Of a stretch of DNA of 64,000 bases, positions 19,034-31,878 are shown one piece after another; positions within the stretch are counted from its first letter, which is position 1, and every line of letters starts with the position of its first letter. The position numbers and the translations under genes are program-made. Source of the stretch: an uncultured Gemmatimonadales bacterium (lineage in GTDB: Bacteria; Gemmatimonadota; Gemmatimonadetes; Longimicrobiales; RSA9); the NCBI GenBank assembly GCA_963783305.1, contig CAWAMW010000015.1, forward strand, positions 160,001-224,000. The letters are read 5' to 3'. The notes under the pieces are model-generated. The model ran no database searches. It was not told the DNA's origin and saw nothing but the letters and a program-made list of their open reading frames with translations.

Positions 19034-19831
19034 TCAGGGGGCCGCGCGCAGCACGTCCTTCATGTCGTAACGGCCGGGCTCCCGCCCGGCGACCCAACGG
19101 ACCGCCAGCAGCGCGCCCTCGGCGAACAGGTCGCGGCTCATCGCGCTGTGCCCGAGCGAGATCCGCTCCCGTCCACCCAGCAGGTGCACAGTGTGCTCGC
19201 CCACCACGCCGCCGCCCCGCAGCGCATGGAACCCGATCTCGCCCACCGGGCGCACGCCCGCTCGGCCGGACCGGCCGTCCCGGCGCACCGACGCCAGACT
19301 CGCATCCCTCCCGCGCGCCGCTGCCTCGCCGAGGGCGAGAGCCGTGCCGCTGGGGGCGTCTTCCTTCCGGCGATGGTGGCTCTCGACGATCTCGATGTCG
19401 TATCGCTCGTCGGGGAGCGCGCGCGCGGCCTGCTCGACCAGGTCGAGGAGCAGGTTGACGCCCACACTGAAGTTGGCGGCGACGAGCACCGGGCTCTTCC
19501 CGGACAGGTCCTGGAGCTGCCGCTCTATGGTCTCATCGAGGCCGGTCGTACCGACCACCAGCGCGCGCCCGGCGAGGTCTTCGGAGCAGCGGTCGAGGAG
19601 GGAGCGGAGCTGTTCGGGCGCGGAGAAGTCCAGGACCACGTCGGCCCTTCGAACGAGATCACCGGAGTCCTCCACGGGCCGCAGCTCGGGATAGCCGGCG
19701 GTGTCATCCCCCCGGTCGCCGGTGGGAGCGATACCGCCGAGGGCGCGGAGGTCGTCGGCGTCGGCGATGAGCCGGGAGAGGGCCTGGCCCATGCGGCCGG
19801 TGGCGCCCGACACCACGAGGTCGAGGGCCAT
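19034..19831 (-). CDS. dapB: 4-hydroxy-tetrahydrodipicolinate reductase
   Basis: [35 protein letters not shown]. Confidence 0.95.
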   Translation of the reverse strand: MALDLVVSGATGRMGQALSRLIADADDLRALGGIAPTGDRGDDTAGYPELRPVEDSGDLVRRADVVLDFSAPEQLRSLLDRCSEDLAGRALVVGTTGLDETIERQLQDLSGKSPVLVAANFSVGVNLLLDLVEQAARALPDERYDIEIVESHHRRKEDAPSGTALALGEAAARGRDASLASVRRDGRSGRAGVRPVGEIGFHALRGGGVVGEHTVHLLGGRERISLGHSAMSRDLFAEGALLAVRWVAGREPGRYDMKDVLRAAP

Positions 19832-19832
19832 G

Positions 19833-20729
19833 TCAGGCGCGGGGCTCGAGGCCGGCGTCGCGTGCTGCGTCCAGCAGCCGCTCCCGCTCGTCCGGCTCCA
19901 GCGGCACGAGTGGAAGCCGCACCGGCCCCACGTCGAAGCCGAGCCAGCCCGTGAGCGCCTTGACGGGGATCGGGTTCGATACGGCGAAGAGAGCACGGAT
20001 CAGCGGGAGGTAGCGGAGCTGCAGCTCCGTAGCCGTGGCGGTGTCGCCCTCGAGATACGCGTGGGTCATCCGGCTCGTATCGGCCGGAGCGACGTTCCCG
20101 AGAACGCTCACCACCCCCTGTCCCCCCAACGACATGATGGGCAGGATCTGGTCATCGTTGCCGCTCCAGATCGGGATCCGACCGTGGAGTAACGCGGCCA
20201 GATCGGCGATCTTCGACAGGTCCCCGCACGCCTCCTTCACGCCGATCACCCGCTCGTCCTCCGCCAGCTCCGCCACCGTGTCCGGGGCGATGCCCACCGC
20301 CGTCCGGCCCGGCACGTTGTACAGGATGGCCGGCAGTCCCGCCGCTTCCATGGCGGCCCGAAAATGCGCCATGATTCCCCGCTGCGGCGGCTTGTTGTAG
20401 GGCGGCGGCGCCAGCAGGAGCGCGTCGGCGCCCGCTCGCCTCGCGCCCTTGGCCAGCCGGCTCACCACCGCCGTGTCGCTCCCCCCGCACCCCGCCACCA
20501 CCGGGATCTGACCCGACACCTCCCGGGCGACGATCTCCACCGCCCGCTCCTGCTCCTCCGGCGTCATCGCCGCCGCCTCACCCGTGGACCCGCATACGAT
20601 CAGCGCGTCCGTCCCCGCCTCCAGGTGGAACCGGACCAGCGCCGCCAGCGCCGTCTCATTCACCCCCGCATCGTCGAACGGCGTGACCAGCGCCACGCCC
20701 GAGCCCCTGAACAATGGTTCCATGGCCAT
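19833..20729 (-). CDS. dapA: 4-hydroxy-tetrahydrodipicolinate synthase
   Basis: ALVTPF, GSTGE, YNKP, LYNVPGRT, GVKEA, SGND, NPIPVK. Confidence 0.95.
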   Translation of the reverse strand: MAMEPLFRGSGVALVTPFDDAGVNETALAALVRFHLEAGTDALIVCGSTGEAAAMTPEEQERAVEIVAREVSGQIPVVAGCGGSDTAVVSRLAKGARRAGADALLLAPPPYNKPPQRGIMAHFRAAMEAAGLPAILYNVPGRTAVGIAPDTVAELAEDERVIGVKEACGDLSKIADLAALLHGRIPIWSGNDDQILPIMSLGGQGVVSVLGNVAPADTSRMTHAYLEGDTATATELQLRYLPLIRALFAVSNPIPVKALTGWLGFDVGPVRLPLVPLEPDERERLLDAARDAGLEPRA

Positions 20730-21007
20730 TACGGGTTGTTCAGATCCAGGAGATCCTGGCGCGTCGTATCCTCCGCCGAATCGTCCGTGTCCGTGTCCCG
20801 ACCGGTCTCGTCCTCGAAGTCCACCCGGGCTTCCGAGGGGTTCGCACTGTCCTCGAACCGCCGGAAAACCTCACCCCCGCACTTCTCGCACTTCAGGTCC
20901 GATGGCGGCTCCTCGCCGCCCGTCAGCTGCACCTCCCAACCACACTTCACACACACGAGAAGCACTACATCCGCTCCGCCCGATTCTGCTTCCTCTCCGC
21001 TCGCCAT
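20729..21007 (-). CDS. Small zinc-ribbon protein with acidic tail
   Basis: CVKCG...CEKCG; stop overlaps dapA start; GAGGAG upstream of ATG 21007. Confidence 0.7.
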   Translation of the reverse strand: MASGEEAESGGADVVLLVCVKCGWEVQLTGGEEPPSDLKCEKCGGEVFRRFEDSANPSEARVDFEDETGRDTDTDDSAEDTTRQDLLDLNNP

Positions 21008-21049
21008 TGCCTCACTCCTCTTTCCGTTCGGGGATCCGGCTCGTGGCGG

Positions 21050-21065
21050 CGCAAGATCTCTGCCG
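21050..21065 (-). promoter_or_regulatory. Candidate sigma-54 promoter
   Basis: Minus strand CGGCAG-AGATC-TTGCG with exact GG-N10-GC spacing, ~45 nt upstream of ATG 21007. Confidence 0.45.
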
Positions 21066-21163
21066 GTCCTGTACCCCACCGCGCACGCACGCTAGGTTCC
21101 GCCGCGGCGCTCCCCCGGTGGGCGCGTGAAGACTATCCATACACCCCTCGACCGGCAATCCAC

Positions 21164-21982
21164 ATGGAGCCCGAGAAGCTCGCCGAGATCGCGCTGCACG
21201 CGGCCCGGAAGGCCGTGGACGTTCACCAGGAGCACGCCGGACGGGTGTCGGTGCTGGACTGGGATGAGAAGGGGACGTCCGACTTCGTGACGCACGTGGA
21301 CCGGGAGGCGGAAGCGCGGATCGTGGAGCACGTGCGCGGCGCGTGCCCCGACCACGAGGTCATGGCGGAGGAGTCGGCGGATCTCGGTGATCCGGCGTCC
21401 GTACGGGCGACGTTCAATACGGCCGAGTACCTGTGGGTGATCGACCCGCTGGACGGGACGACGAACTACCTGCACGGCTATCCTGCGTACGCCGCATCGG
21501 TCGCGGTGGCGCACCGTGGCGAGCTGGTGGCGGGGGCGGTGGTGCACGGAGTGACCGGCGCGGCGTGGTGGGCGTGGCGGAACGGAGGGGCGTGGCGGGA
21601 CGGGGAGCGGATCCAGGTGTCGGCCATCGACCGCCTGGACCGATCGCTCATTGGCACCGGATTCCCGTTCAAGGTGATGGAGCTCCTGCCGGGATACATG
21701 CGTGACTTCGAGAAGGTGCTCGGCCGCACGTCGGGGATCAGGCGAGCCGGCGCGGCGGCGCTCGACCTCTGCCATGTGGCGGACGGCCGGCTCGAGGGCT
21801 TCTGGGAGCTGTGGCTGGCCCCGTGGGACATTGCCGCGGGCACGCTGCTGGTGCGGGAGGCGGGCGGGATAGTGACCACGCGGGAGGGACACCGGGACGT
21901 TCGGGCCGCGGGGTCGATCATCGCCGGGACTCCGGCTATCCACCCCCGCCTCCTGGCGCTGGTGGGATCCGGCGCCCGGTGA
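21164..21982 (+). CDS. suhB: Inositol monophosphatase family (SuhB)
   Basis: DFVT, AEES, WVIDPLDGTTNY, GAAALDL, PWDIAAG. Confidence 0.9.
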   Translation: MEPEKLAEIALHAARKAVDVHQEHAGRVSVLDWDEKGTSDFVTHVDREAEARIVEHVRGACPDHEVMAEESADLGDPASVRATFNTAEYLWVIDPLDGTTNYLHGYPAYAASVAVAHRGELVAGAVVHGVTGAAWWAWRNGGAWRDGERIQVSAIDRLDRSLIGTGFPFKVMELLPGYMRDFEKVLGRTSGIRRAGAAALDLCHVADGRLEGFWELWLAPWDIAAGTLLVREAGGIVTTREGHRDVRAAGSIIAGTPAIHPRLLALVGSGAR

Positions 21983-22166
21983 TCGCCCCCTGGTGCGCCA
22001 GCCCCCCCGCTCTTCCCCGCCGGGTGTTTGAGCTTGGGCGCCGGCCGGCTAGATTCCGCCCGGCCAGCCTCCGCCCGCGAGGCCCGTCGCGACGAGCGGT
22101 GGCGATCGGGCTCTCTTCGTGGCGCCGAGGGCAGAACCGTTCCCGCTCCCCTGTGTACGAAGAGGC

Positions 22167-24389
22167 ATGAACAACGGAAAGAGCAGCTGGAAAAGGAAAC
22201 TGCTGGCCGTCGGGGGCCTCCTGGGGCTGGGGCTGGTGGGGGGCGCGGTGGGCGGCGCCATGGGCGCCTGGCAGACGGTATGCTACGACTGTCCATCGGT
22301 GGCCCAGCTCTACAACTGGGAGCCGCGCCAATCCACCAAGATCCTGAGCAGGGACGGTGAAATCCTGGCGGAGCTCGCGCTCGAGCGCCGCACGCCGGTC
22401 GATATCGACAGCCTTCCCGCCCACGTGCCGCAGGCCTTCATCGCCATTGAGGACAAACGGTTCTACCGCCATCCCGGCTACGACCTGATGGGCTACGCCC
22501 GTGCCTTCCGGAACCAGCTCCTGGGCGGCTCCGGCGGCGGCAGCACGATCACGCTGCAGCTCGCCCGGCACATGTTCATCGAGGAGGTGGGCTTCGACCA
22601 GTCGCTGCGGCGGAAGCTTCGGGAGCTGCACGTGGCCGTGGACCTCGAGCGGGTCTACGACAAGGACCAGATCCTCGAGGCCTACATCAACCAGATCAAC
22701 TATGACAACGGCTGGTATGGCATCGAGTCGGCAGCTCAGAACTACTTCGGCAAGCACGCGACCGAGCTGAACCCCGCGGAGGCCGCCATGCTCGCCGCCG
22801 TCATCAACCGCCCCGCCCATTACAACCCCCTCAAGCACCCGGAGCGGGCCGAGCAGCGCCGGAACCTCGTACTGTCGCTCATGGCGGATCAGGATTACCT
22901 GACTGAGAGCGAGGCCACCCGCTGGCGCCAGGAAACGCTGCCCCAGAGCCGAGCGCGCTTCGGGGCGTCCGAGACGGCTCCCTACTTCGTGGAATGGGTC
23001 CGGGGGCTCCTCGAGGACCGCTTCGGTCGCGACCTGTACAGCGGCGGGTATCGCGTCTATACGTCCCTCGATGTGGACCTCCAGGAGAAGGCCCGGGAGG
23101 CCATGGAGAAGGGTTGGGCGCGGGTCGAGTCCCAGCCGAACTTCCGCGGACCCACCTACGCGGAGGTACACGATGACAGCGGGGCCGACCACACTGGATC
23201 CACCCGCTACCTGCAAGGCATGTTCGTAGCGCTGGATCCCGCCACCGGCGACGTGAAGGCACTGATCGGTGGCCGCGACTACGGCGACTCGAAGTTCAAC
23301 CGGGCGACACAGGCGCGGCGGCAGCCCGGCTCCGTGTTCAAGCCGTTCGTCTATACCGCGGCCATCGCCAGTGGCATCCCCGCCTCCCGTACCGTCCTGG
23401 ACGCACCCGTCAACGTGGACCTCCCGGACGGCACCGTCTGGTCACCCCGGAACTTCGGTGGCCGATTCGACGGTGAGGTGACGCTCCGCGACGCGCTCCG
23501 GCGCTCCGTGAACGTCCCCGCGGTGAAGATCGGGATGGAGGTGGGACTGGAGACGGTCGCCCAGTACGCGAAGCGGATGGGCATCTCCGGGGACATTCCG
23601 CGGGTCCCGTCCCTTCCCATCGGGGTTCCGGGCGTGCTCCCCATCGACATTGCCGAGGCGTACACCACTTTCGCCAACCTGGGCGTGAAGGTGGAGCCCC
23701 GTCCCATTCTCCGCGTCGAGGACTCCCAGGGACGTCTGCTGTGGGAGACGGAGGTGGAGGCCGAGCGCGTGCTCGACCAGCGGGTCGCCTTCATCATGCT
23801 GGATATGATGCGGGACGTGGTGAACACCGGCAGCGCGTATTCCGTGCGGGACCCCGCACGCGGGAACATCTCCGCCGCACTGCCGGCCGCCGGGAAGACC
23901 GGTACCACAAATGACGGCACGGACGTCTGGTTCGCCGGGTTCACGCCCAACCTCGTGGCGGTCACCTGGCTCGGATTCGACCGGCCACAGTCAATCCTGC
24001 CGAACGCGGCCGGCGGAGTATTCGCCGCTCCCATCTGGGCCGACTTCATGCGCCCCATCTACTTCGACGGCCAGCCGGCCTTGGACCCCGAGACCGGGGA
24101 CTCCATCCCGGGCGGGGGCACACGCTGGGAGATCCCTGCGGACTGGCAGCCGCCGGATGGACTGCGGACGGCGATGATCGACCGCGAGAGCGGGAAGCTC
24201 TTCAGTGAGGACTTCTGTCCGCCCGAGCTCATGACCGAAGAGTTCTATCTCCCCGGCACTGAGCCCACGGAGCTGTGCGACCTGCATGCTCCCGGTCTCT
24301 TCGGTGCGCCCCTCCGCGGATTCGAGCAGGTCCTGCCCGAGACTACCGGGGATTCGGTTGGCACGGACTCGCTGCCGCCGACCCGTTGA
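22167..24389 (+). CDS. Class A penicillin-binding protein (PBP1A)
   Basis: Transglycosylase EDKRFY and GGSTITLQL; transpeptidase SVFK, SVN and KTG; N-terminal TM. Confidence 0.93.
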   Translation: MNNGKSSWKRKLLAVGGLLGLGLVGGAVGGAMGAWQTVCYDCPSVAQLYNWEPRQSTKILSRDGEILAELALERRTPVDIDSLPAHVPQAFIAIEDKRFYRHPGYDLMGYARAFRNQLLGGSGGGSTITLQLARHMFIEEVGFDQSLRRKLRELHVAVDLERVYDKDQILEAYINQINYDNGWYGIESAAQNYFGKHATELNPAEAAMLAAVINRPAHYNPLKHPERAEQRRNLVLSLMADQDYLTESEATRWRQETLPQSRARFGASETAPYFVEWVRGLLEDRFGRDLYSGGYRVYTSLDVDLQEKAREAMEKGWARVESQPNFRGPTYAEVHDDSGADHTGSTRYLQGMFVALDPATGDVKALIGGRDYGDSKFNRATQARRQPGSVFKPFVYTAAIASGIPASRTVLDAPVNVDLPDGTVWSPRNFGGRFDGEVTLRDALRRSVNVPAVKIGMEVGLETVAQYAKRMGISGDIPRVPSLPIGVPGVLPIDIAEAYTTFANLGVKVEPRPILRVEDSQGRLLWETEVEAERVLDQRVAFIMLDMMRDVVNTGSAYSVRDPARGNISAALPAAGKTGTTNDGTDVWFAGFTPNLVAVTWLGFDRPQSILPNAAGGVFAAPIWADFMRPIYFDGQPALDPETGDSIPGGGTRWEIPADWQPPDGLRTAMIDRESGKLFSEDFCPPELMTEEFYLPGTEPTELCDLHAPGLFGAPLRGFEQVLPETTGDSVGTDSLPPTR

Positions 24390-24393
24390 CCAC

Positions 24394-25731
24394 TTAAGCT
24401 AGCCGCTCCACTCCGGCCGCGGTGACGCGGTGCGACACGAGCGGGCGTGGGGCGGGGTCCGCGCGCCCACCGTCGACCACGCGGATCGCCGAGCGCAGAC
24501 TGGCCGCCGCGGCCGCTGCGGACTCCTCGTCCCGCGCGTGCACCCACGCCAGCGGGTCACCCGGTTCGAGCGTGGCACCGGGCTCCACCGCCATCAGGAG
24601 CCCGACGGCGGGATCGATCCGATCCTCCAGCGCGCGCCGACCTGCGCCCAGCGCCACCGCGGCCTCTCCGATCGCCCGGGTGTCCACGCCCGCCACGACG
24701 CCGCCGGCCTTCGAGTCCACCGGCACGACCACCGGCGCCGACGGCAGACGGTCCGGGTCGTCGATCACCGAGATATCCCCTCCCTGCGCCGCGATCACTC
24801 GCCGGAACGCGTCCATGGCCCGGCCGTCATCCAGGGCGCTGCCGGCTTCCGCCCGGGCTTCGTCCCGCGTCGCCGCAACACCGCCGAGCAGCAGCATCTC
24901 CGCCGCCAGCGCCACCGTGACCTCGCGCAGGTCGGCCGGCCCGCCGCCCTTCAGCGCCTCCAGCGCCTCACGCACCTCCAGCGCGTTTCCGATCGCACGA
25001 CCCAGTGGACGGTCCATCGCCGTGATCAGCGCCACCACCTCCCGCCCGTGCTCTTCGCCGATGCCGATCATCGTGCGCGCAAGCTCCAGCGCCCTCTCCT
25101 CCTCCGGGAGGAATGCGCCATTCCCCACCTTCACGTCCAGCACCAACCCGTCGATTCCTTCCGCGATCTTCTTGCTCATAATGCTGGACGCGATCAGCGG
25201 CACACTCTCCACGGTCGCCGTCACATCACGAAGCGCGTACAGCCGTCCGTCCAGCGGCGCGATCTCGGGCGTCTGACTGATCAGCGCCAGCCCCACCTCC
25301 AGGACCTGCTCCCTGAACGCCGCCAGCGACAGGTCCATCCGAAGACCGGGGATCGACTCCAGCTTGTCGACGGTGCCGCCGCTGTGGCCGAGCCCGCGCC
25401 CGCTCATCATGGGAACCTGCACCCCCAGCGCGGCCACCAGCGGAGCCAGAATCAGGGAGACCTTGTCCCCCACGCCACCCGTGGAGTGCTTGTCGATACG
25501 GCGACCGGGATGGTCGCCGAAATCCACCCGCTGGCCCGACTCCATGATGACTTCCACCAGCGCCGACAGCTCGGTACCGTCGAGGCCCCGGAAGAACACG
25601 GCCATGAGAAACGCAGCCATGTGGTAGTCCTCGACCGCGCCCTGGTGGTAGGCGCGCAGGAATTCCTTCAACTCGCCGGCCGGCAGCGATTCCCCGTCGC
25701 GTTTCCTGCGGATCAGGCTGTAGGGGATCAC
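24394..25731 (-). CDS. pdp: Pyrimidine-nucleoside/thymidine phosphorylase
   Basis: DKHSTGGVGDK, SGRGLGHSGGT, LYALRDVTATV, SIMSKK. Confidence 0.93.
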   Translation of the reverse strand: MIPYSLIRRKRDGESLPAGELKEFLRAYHQGAVEDYHMAAFLMAVFFRGLDGTELSALVEVIMESGQRVDFGDHPGRRIDKHSTGGVGDKVSLILAPLVAALGVQVPMMSGRGLGHSGGTVDKLESIPGLRMDLSLAAFREQVLEVGLALISQTPEIAPLDGRLYALRDVTATVESVPLIASSIMSKKIAEGIDGLVLDVKVGNGAFLPEEERALELARTMIGIGEEHGREVVALITAMDRPLGRAIGNALEVREALEALKGGGPADLREVTVALAAEMLLLGGVAATRDEARAEAGSALDDGRAMDAFRRVIAAQGGDISVIDDPDRLPSAPVVVPVDSKAGGVVAGVDTRAIGEAAVALGAGRRALEDRIDPAVGLLMAVEPGATLEPGDPLAWVHARDEESAAAAAASLRSAIRVVDGGRADPAPRPLVSHRVTAAGVERLA

Positions 25732-25732
25732 G

Positions 25733-27277
25733 TCAGCCGTCCGTGGAGGGCTCCAGTCTCAGGCGCGGCGGGAGCTCCGCGCCGCTACGCAGCCCGCCCC
25801 ACTCGTCGAAGATCTCGGCCATCCAGGCGTAGATGCTCCGCAGCTCTCCACGCATGGCCTCGATCTGCTTTGCCTTCTCATCCGGGGCCAGCATGAGCGC
25901 TTCCCGAAGCAGGCGCGAGAAGTCCTCCGGGTCGTACGGGTTCACCAGGATGGCGTGGCTCAGCTCCGCCGATGCTCCCGCGAACTTCGACAGCAGGAGC
26001 GCACCCCGCCCATCGACTTGCGAGACAACGAACTCCTTGGCCACCAGGTTCATACCGTCGCGCAACGATGAGACCACACAGATGTCCGCCGCCCGATACA
26101 GAACGGCCAGCCGGTCGGCCGGGAGCGACTGCTTGATCAGATGCACGGGCTGCCAGTCCTTCGTCCCGTACCGGTCGTTGATCTCCCACACCAGCCGCTC
26201 CACCTTCTGCGTCAGCTCGTCGTAGGCCTCGATGTCGGTGCGGCTGGGCACCCCGACCTGCACCAGCGTCAGCTTCCCCCTGAACTCCGGATATCGCTCC
26301 CAGAGGAAGTCGAACGCCTTCAGCTTCTCGGGCAGCCCCTTCGAGTAGTCCATCCGATCCACACCAATGGCGAGCTGACCGCCCGCCGGGCAGTAGCGGG
26401 CCCGCAGACGCTCCACCGCGGTGTCCGCCTCCGGACCGCTGGCATCCTCCACGAACCGGTCGATGTCGATGGAGATCGGGAAGCTGCGAACGTGGCAGGT
26501 GTGCCCATTCACCGTCGCCGTGTGCTCGTCCCAGTCCACCTCCGCCTGCAGCAGCGCCTCGACGCAGCGGAGGAAGTGCGTTCGGTCCGACGGCAGCTGG
26601 AATCCCAGGAGATCGTTGGCCACCAGGCCGCCGATCAGGTCTTCCGCCTGGGGAGTGACCTCGAAGATCTCCAGCGGCGGCCAGGGGATGTGCCAGAAAT
26701 GGGCGAGGCTGAGATCGGGTCGCCGGGCTCGGACCAGCGCGGGTGCCAGCGCCAGGTGGTAGTCCTGGAACCAGACGACGGACTTCGTTCCCCGTGTCTC
26801 GTCCAGCACCGCATCCGCGAACCGGCGGTTCACTCGCCGGTATCGTTCCCAGTAGCGGGAGCGGATGCGTGTGAGGGCGGGGCGATAGTGGCAGAGGGGC
26901 CAGAGGAACTGGTTCGCGAACCCGAGGTAGTACCGGTTCACATCGTGCTGATCGAGCCAGACGCGCCGGAGCGTGTAGCTGTCCTGCTCCGGTGGCACCT
27001 TCACGCGGTCGTCCTCATCCACCACGGCCGCATCCGCATCGCCGCTGCCCCAGGCGATCCACACACCGCCCACCGCCTGCAGCAGCGGGTCCAGAGCCGA
27101 CGTGAGTCCCCCCGCCGGACGCTTCACACGAATCTCCCCCACGTCCTCGCCCCAGCGGTGCTCGTACGGCTCGCGGTTGCTTACCACTACCAGCTGCTCG
27201 TCCGGAAACGCTTCCCGGAAGGCGGAAACGATCCCCGCGGCGTTGTCCCTGTCCCTGTCCCTGTGCGCTGCGGCCAC
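25733..27277 (-). CDS. otsA: Trehalose-6-phosphate synthase (GT20)
   Basis: VSNREP, AGGL, QDYHL, FWHIPWP, GVDRMDYSKG, DGMNLVAKE. Confidence 0.85.
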   Translation of the reverse strand: MAAAHRDRDRDNAAGIVSAFREAFPDEQLVVVSNREPYEHRWGEDVGEIRVKRPAGGLTSALDPLLQAVGGVWIAWGSGDADAAVVDEDDRVKVPPEQDSYTLRRVWLDQHDVNRYYLGFANQFLWPLCHYRPALTRIRSRYWERYRRVNRRFADAVLDETRGTKSVVWFQDYHLALAPALVRARRPDLSLAHFWHIPWPPLEIFEVTPQAEDLIGGLVANDLLGFQLPSDRTHFLRCVEALLQAEVDWDEHTATVNGHTCHVRSFPISIDIDRFVEDASGPEADTAVERLRARYCPAGGQLAIGVDRMDYSKGLPEKLKAFDFLWERYPEFRGKLTLVQVGVPSRTDIEAYDELTQKVERLVWEINDRYGTKDWQPVHLIKQSLPADRLAVLYRAADICVVSSLRDGMNLVAKEFVVSQVDGRGALLLSKFAGASAELSHAILVNPYDPEDFSRLLREALMLAPDEKAKQIEAMRGELRSIYAWMAEIFDEWGGLRSGAELPPRLRLEPSTDG

Positions 27278-27281
27278 GTCG

Positions 27282-27515
27282 CTACAGGTCCAGCTTCTTC
27301 CGCCCGGACCTCACCGCTGAGCGAAACTCGTCCGCCACGTCATCCCACCGACCCACGGCGTCATCCGCCACATCCTCCACGGTGCGTGCTAGCCGGCGCC
27401 GCGTCCGGCGCCCGCTCTGTGGAGCGACGAGGAGCGCCAGGCCGGCGCCAATCGCCACCCCCACCACCACACCGGTCAGGAAGGGCAGGCCGTTACTGTC
27501 ATTCTCGTAGTACAT
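27282..27515 (-). CDS. YtxH-like protein
   Basis: FLTGVVVGVAIGAGLALLVAPQSGRRTR signature. Confidence 0.85.
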   Translation of the reverse strand: MYYENDSNGLPFLTGVVVGVAIGAGLALLVAPQSGRRTRRRLARTVEDVADDAVGRWDDVADEFRSAVRSGRKKLDL

Positions 27516-27563
27516 GCTCGACCTCTCGTGCGTAGTGCGTGTACGGGTGAGCCTCGACAGCGG

Positions 27564-27579
27564 TGCAACCGCTGTGCCT
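27564..27579 (-). promoter_or_regulatory. Candidate sigma-54 promoter for ytxH-otsA
   Basis: Minus strand AGGCAC-AGCGG-TTGCA. Confidence 0.6.
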
Positions 27580-27640
27580 GCCTCCGTTCACCGTACCATA
27601 CGCCTGCGCCATCCGGGGCGTCAAACCGCGCCGCACCGGC

Positions 27641-27656
27641 TGGCACCGGACGTGCA
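27641..27656 (+). promoter_or_regulatory. Candidate sigma-54 promoter for REC-GGDEF gene
   Basis: TGGCAC-CGGAC-GTGCA. Confidence 0.55.
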
Positions 27657-27775
27657 ACTCCCTTTATGGGATCGGGTCACGAGATTCGGTCGACCCTATG
27701 GGTCACATAAAGCGGTGTCCACGCGTGCGGATCGAAACCGCTCGACACTCCGCTGACACGAGAGAGCAGGGACGC

Positions 27776-30893
<3,118 letters not shown>

Positions 30894-30928
30894 TATACTC
30901 CACGCACGACCCTCGAACCTCGAGAACC

Positions 30929-31453
30929 ATGGCAGCCACACGCGACATCCAGATCCCGGCGCAGTCGATCCTCGCGATCCGGCGAGCGCTCATCCGACAG
31001 ACCGACGCAGCGACCGCCGTCCATGCGCTCCAGGAAGCCGGCAATAGCGCCGGCGACGCCCTCTTCGAGCGACTCGCCCACCATGGCGAGGACCCCGGCG
31101 ACACGCCCCTCGCAACGTTCTGGAACCGGCTGACCGCGGTCTTCCGGGAACTCGGCTGGGGCACCGTCGAGCATCAGGCGCCGCACCCCGGAGTGGGCGC
31201 ACTCGTGGCCCGCGACTGGTTCGAGATCGAGGACGGCGCCCGCACCCCCTCCTGCCCCTTCACCACCGGCGTGCTGGCCAATATCCTGGGGCGGGCAGCA
31301 GGCGGTGAGGTGGCCGTGCTCCAGGTCGCCTGCGAGGAGAGCGGCCCCCGCTGCGTCCGGTTCCTCTTCGGAGCGCCCGAGGTGCTCGATCGACTGTACA
31401 GCGGGCTCCGCGAGGGCCGCGACGTGGAGGCCGGACTGGCCGCGCTCTCCTAG
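30929..31453 (+). CDS. V4R-domain-like protein
   Basis: LGWG, CPFTTGVL and C...C.F pattern typical of V4R. Confidence 0.65.
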   Translation: MAATRDIQIPAQSILAIRRALIRQTDAATAVHALQEAGNSAGDALFERLAHHGEDPGDTPLATFWNRLTAVFRELGWGTVEHQAPHPGVGALVARDWFEIEDGARTPSCPFTTGVLANILGRAAGGEVAVLQVACEESGPRCVRFLFGAPEVLDRLYSGLREGRDVEAGLAALS

Positions 31454-31878
31454 TGCCTCGGATACTATCGGTCGATTACGGTGAGCGCCGCGTCGGCCTC
31501 GCCCTCAGCGACCCCACCGCCACCATCGCTTCACCGCTCCCCACGCTCACGCGCCGGAAGGGAAAGCGCCCACCCGTGGCGCCCATAGCCCGCCTGGTAG
31601 AGGAAAACGAGGTGGCGGAGGTGGTCGTGGGTCTACCGCTCACGCTCGAGGGAGACGATAGCGACTGGACCCGTGAGGTGCGCGCGTTCGCCGCATCACT
31701 GGCCGAGCGCACCGGTCTCCCCGTGGCGCTCCAGGACGAGAGAATGACGTCCGTGCGAGCGGAACGCGCCGTGCGTTCCCTGGGGCTCTCCAAGGGGAAG
31801 AGAGAAGAGAAGGAGCGGATCGACGCGGCCGCGGCCGTGCTGATCCTGCAGGCGTATCTCGATGCGAGGAGCTCGTGA
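31453..31878 (+). CDS. ruvX: Pre-16S rRNA nuclease YqgF/RuvX
   Basis: SVDYGERRVG, VVGLP, DERMTS, IDAAAAVLIL. Confidence 0.94.
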   Translation: MPRILSVDYGERRVGLALSDPTATIASPLPTLTRRKGKRPPVAPIARLVEENEVAEVVVGLPLTLEGDDSDWTREVRAFAASLAERTGLPVALQDERMTSVRAERAVRSLGLSKGKREEKERIDAAAAVLILQAYLDARSS

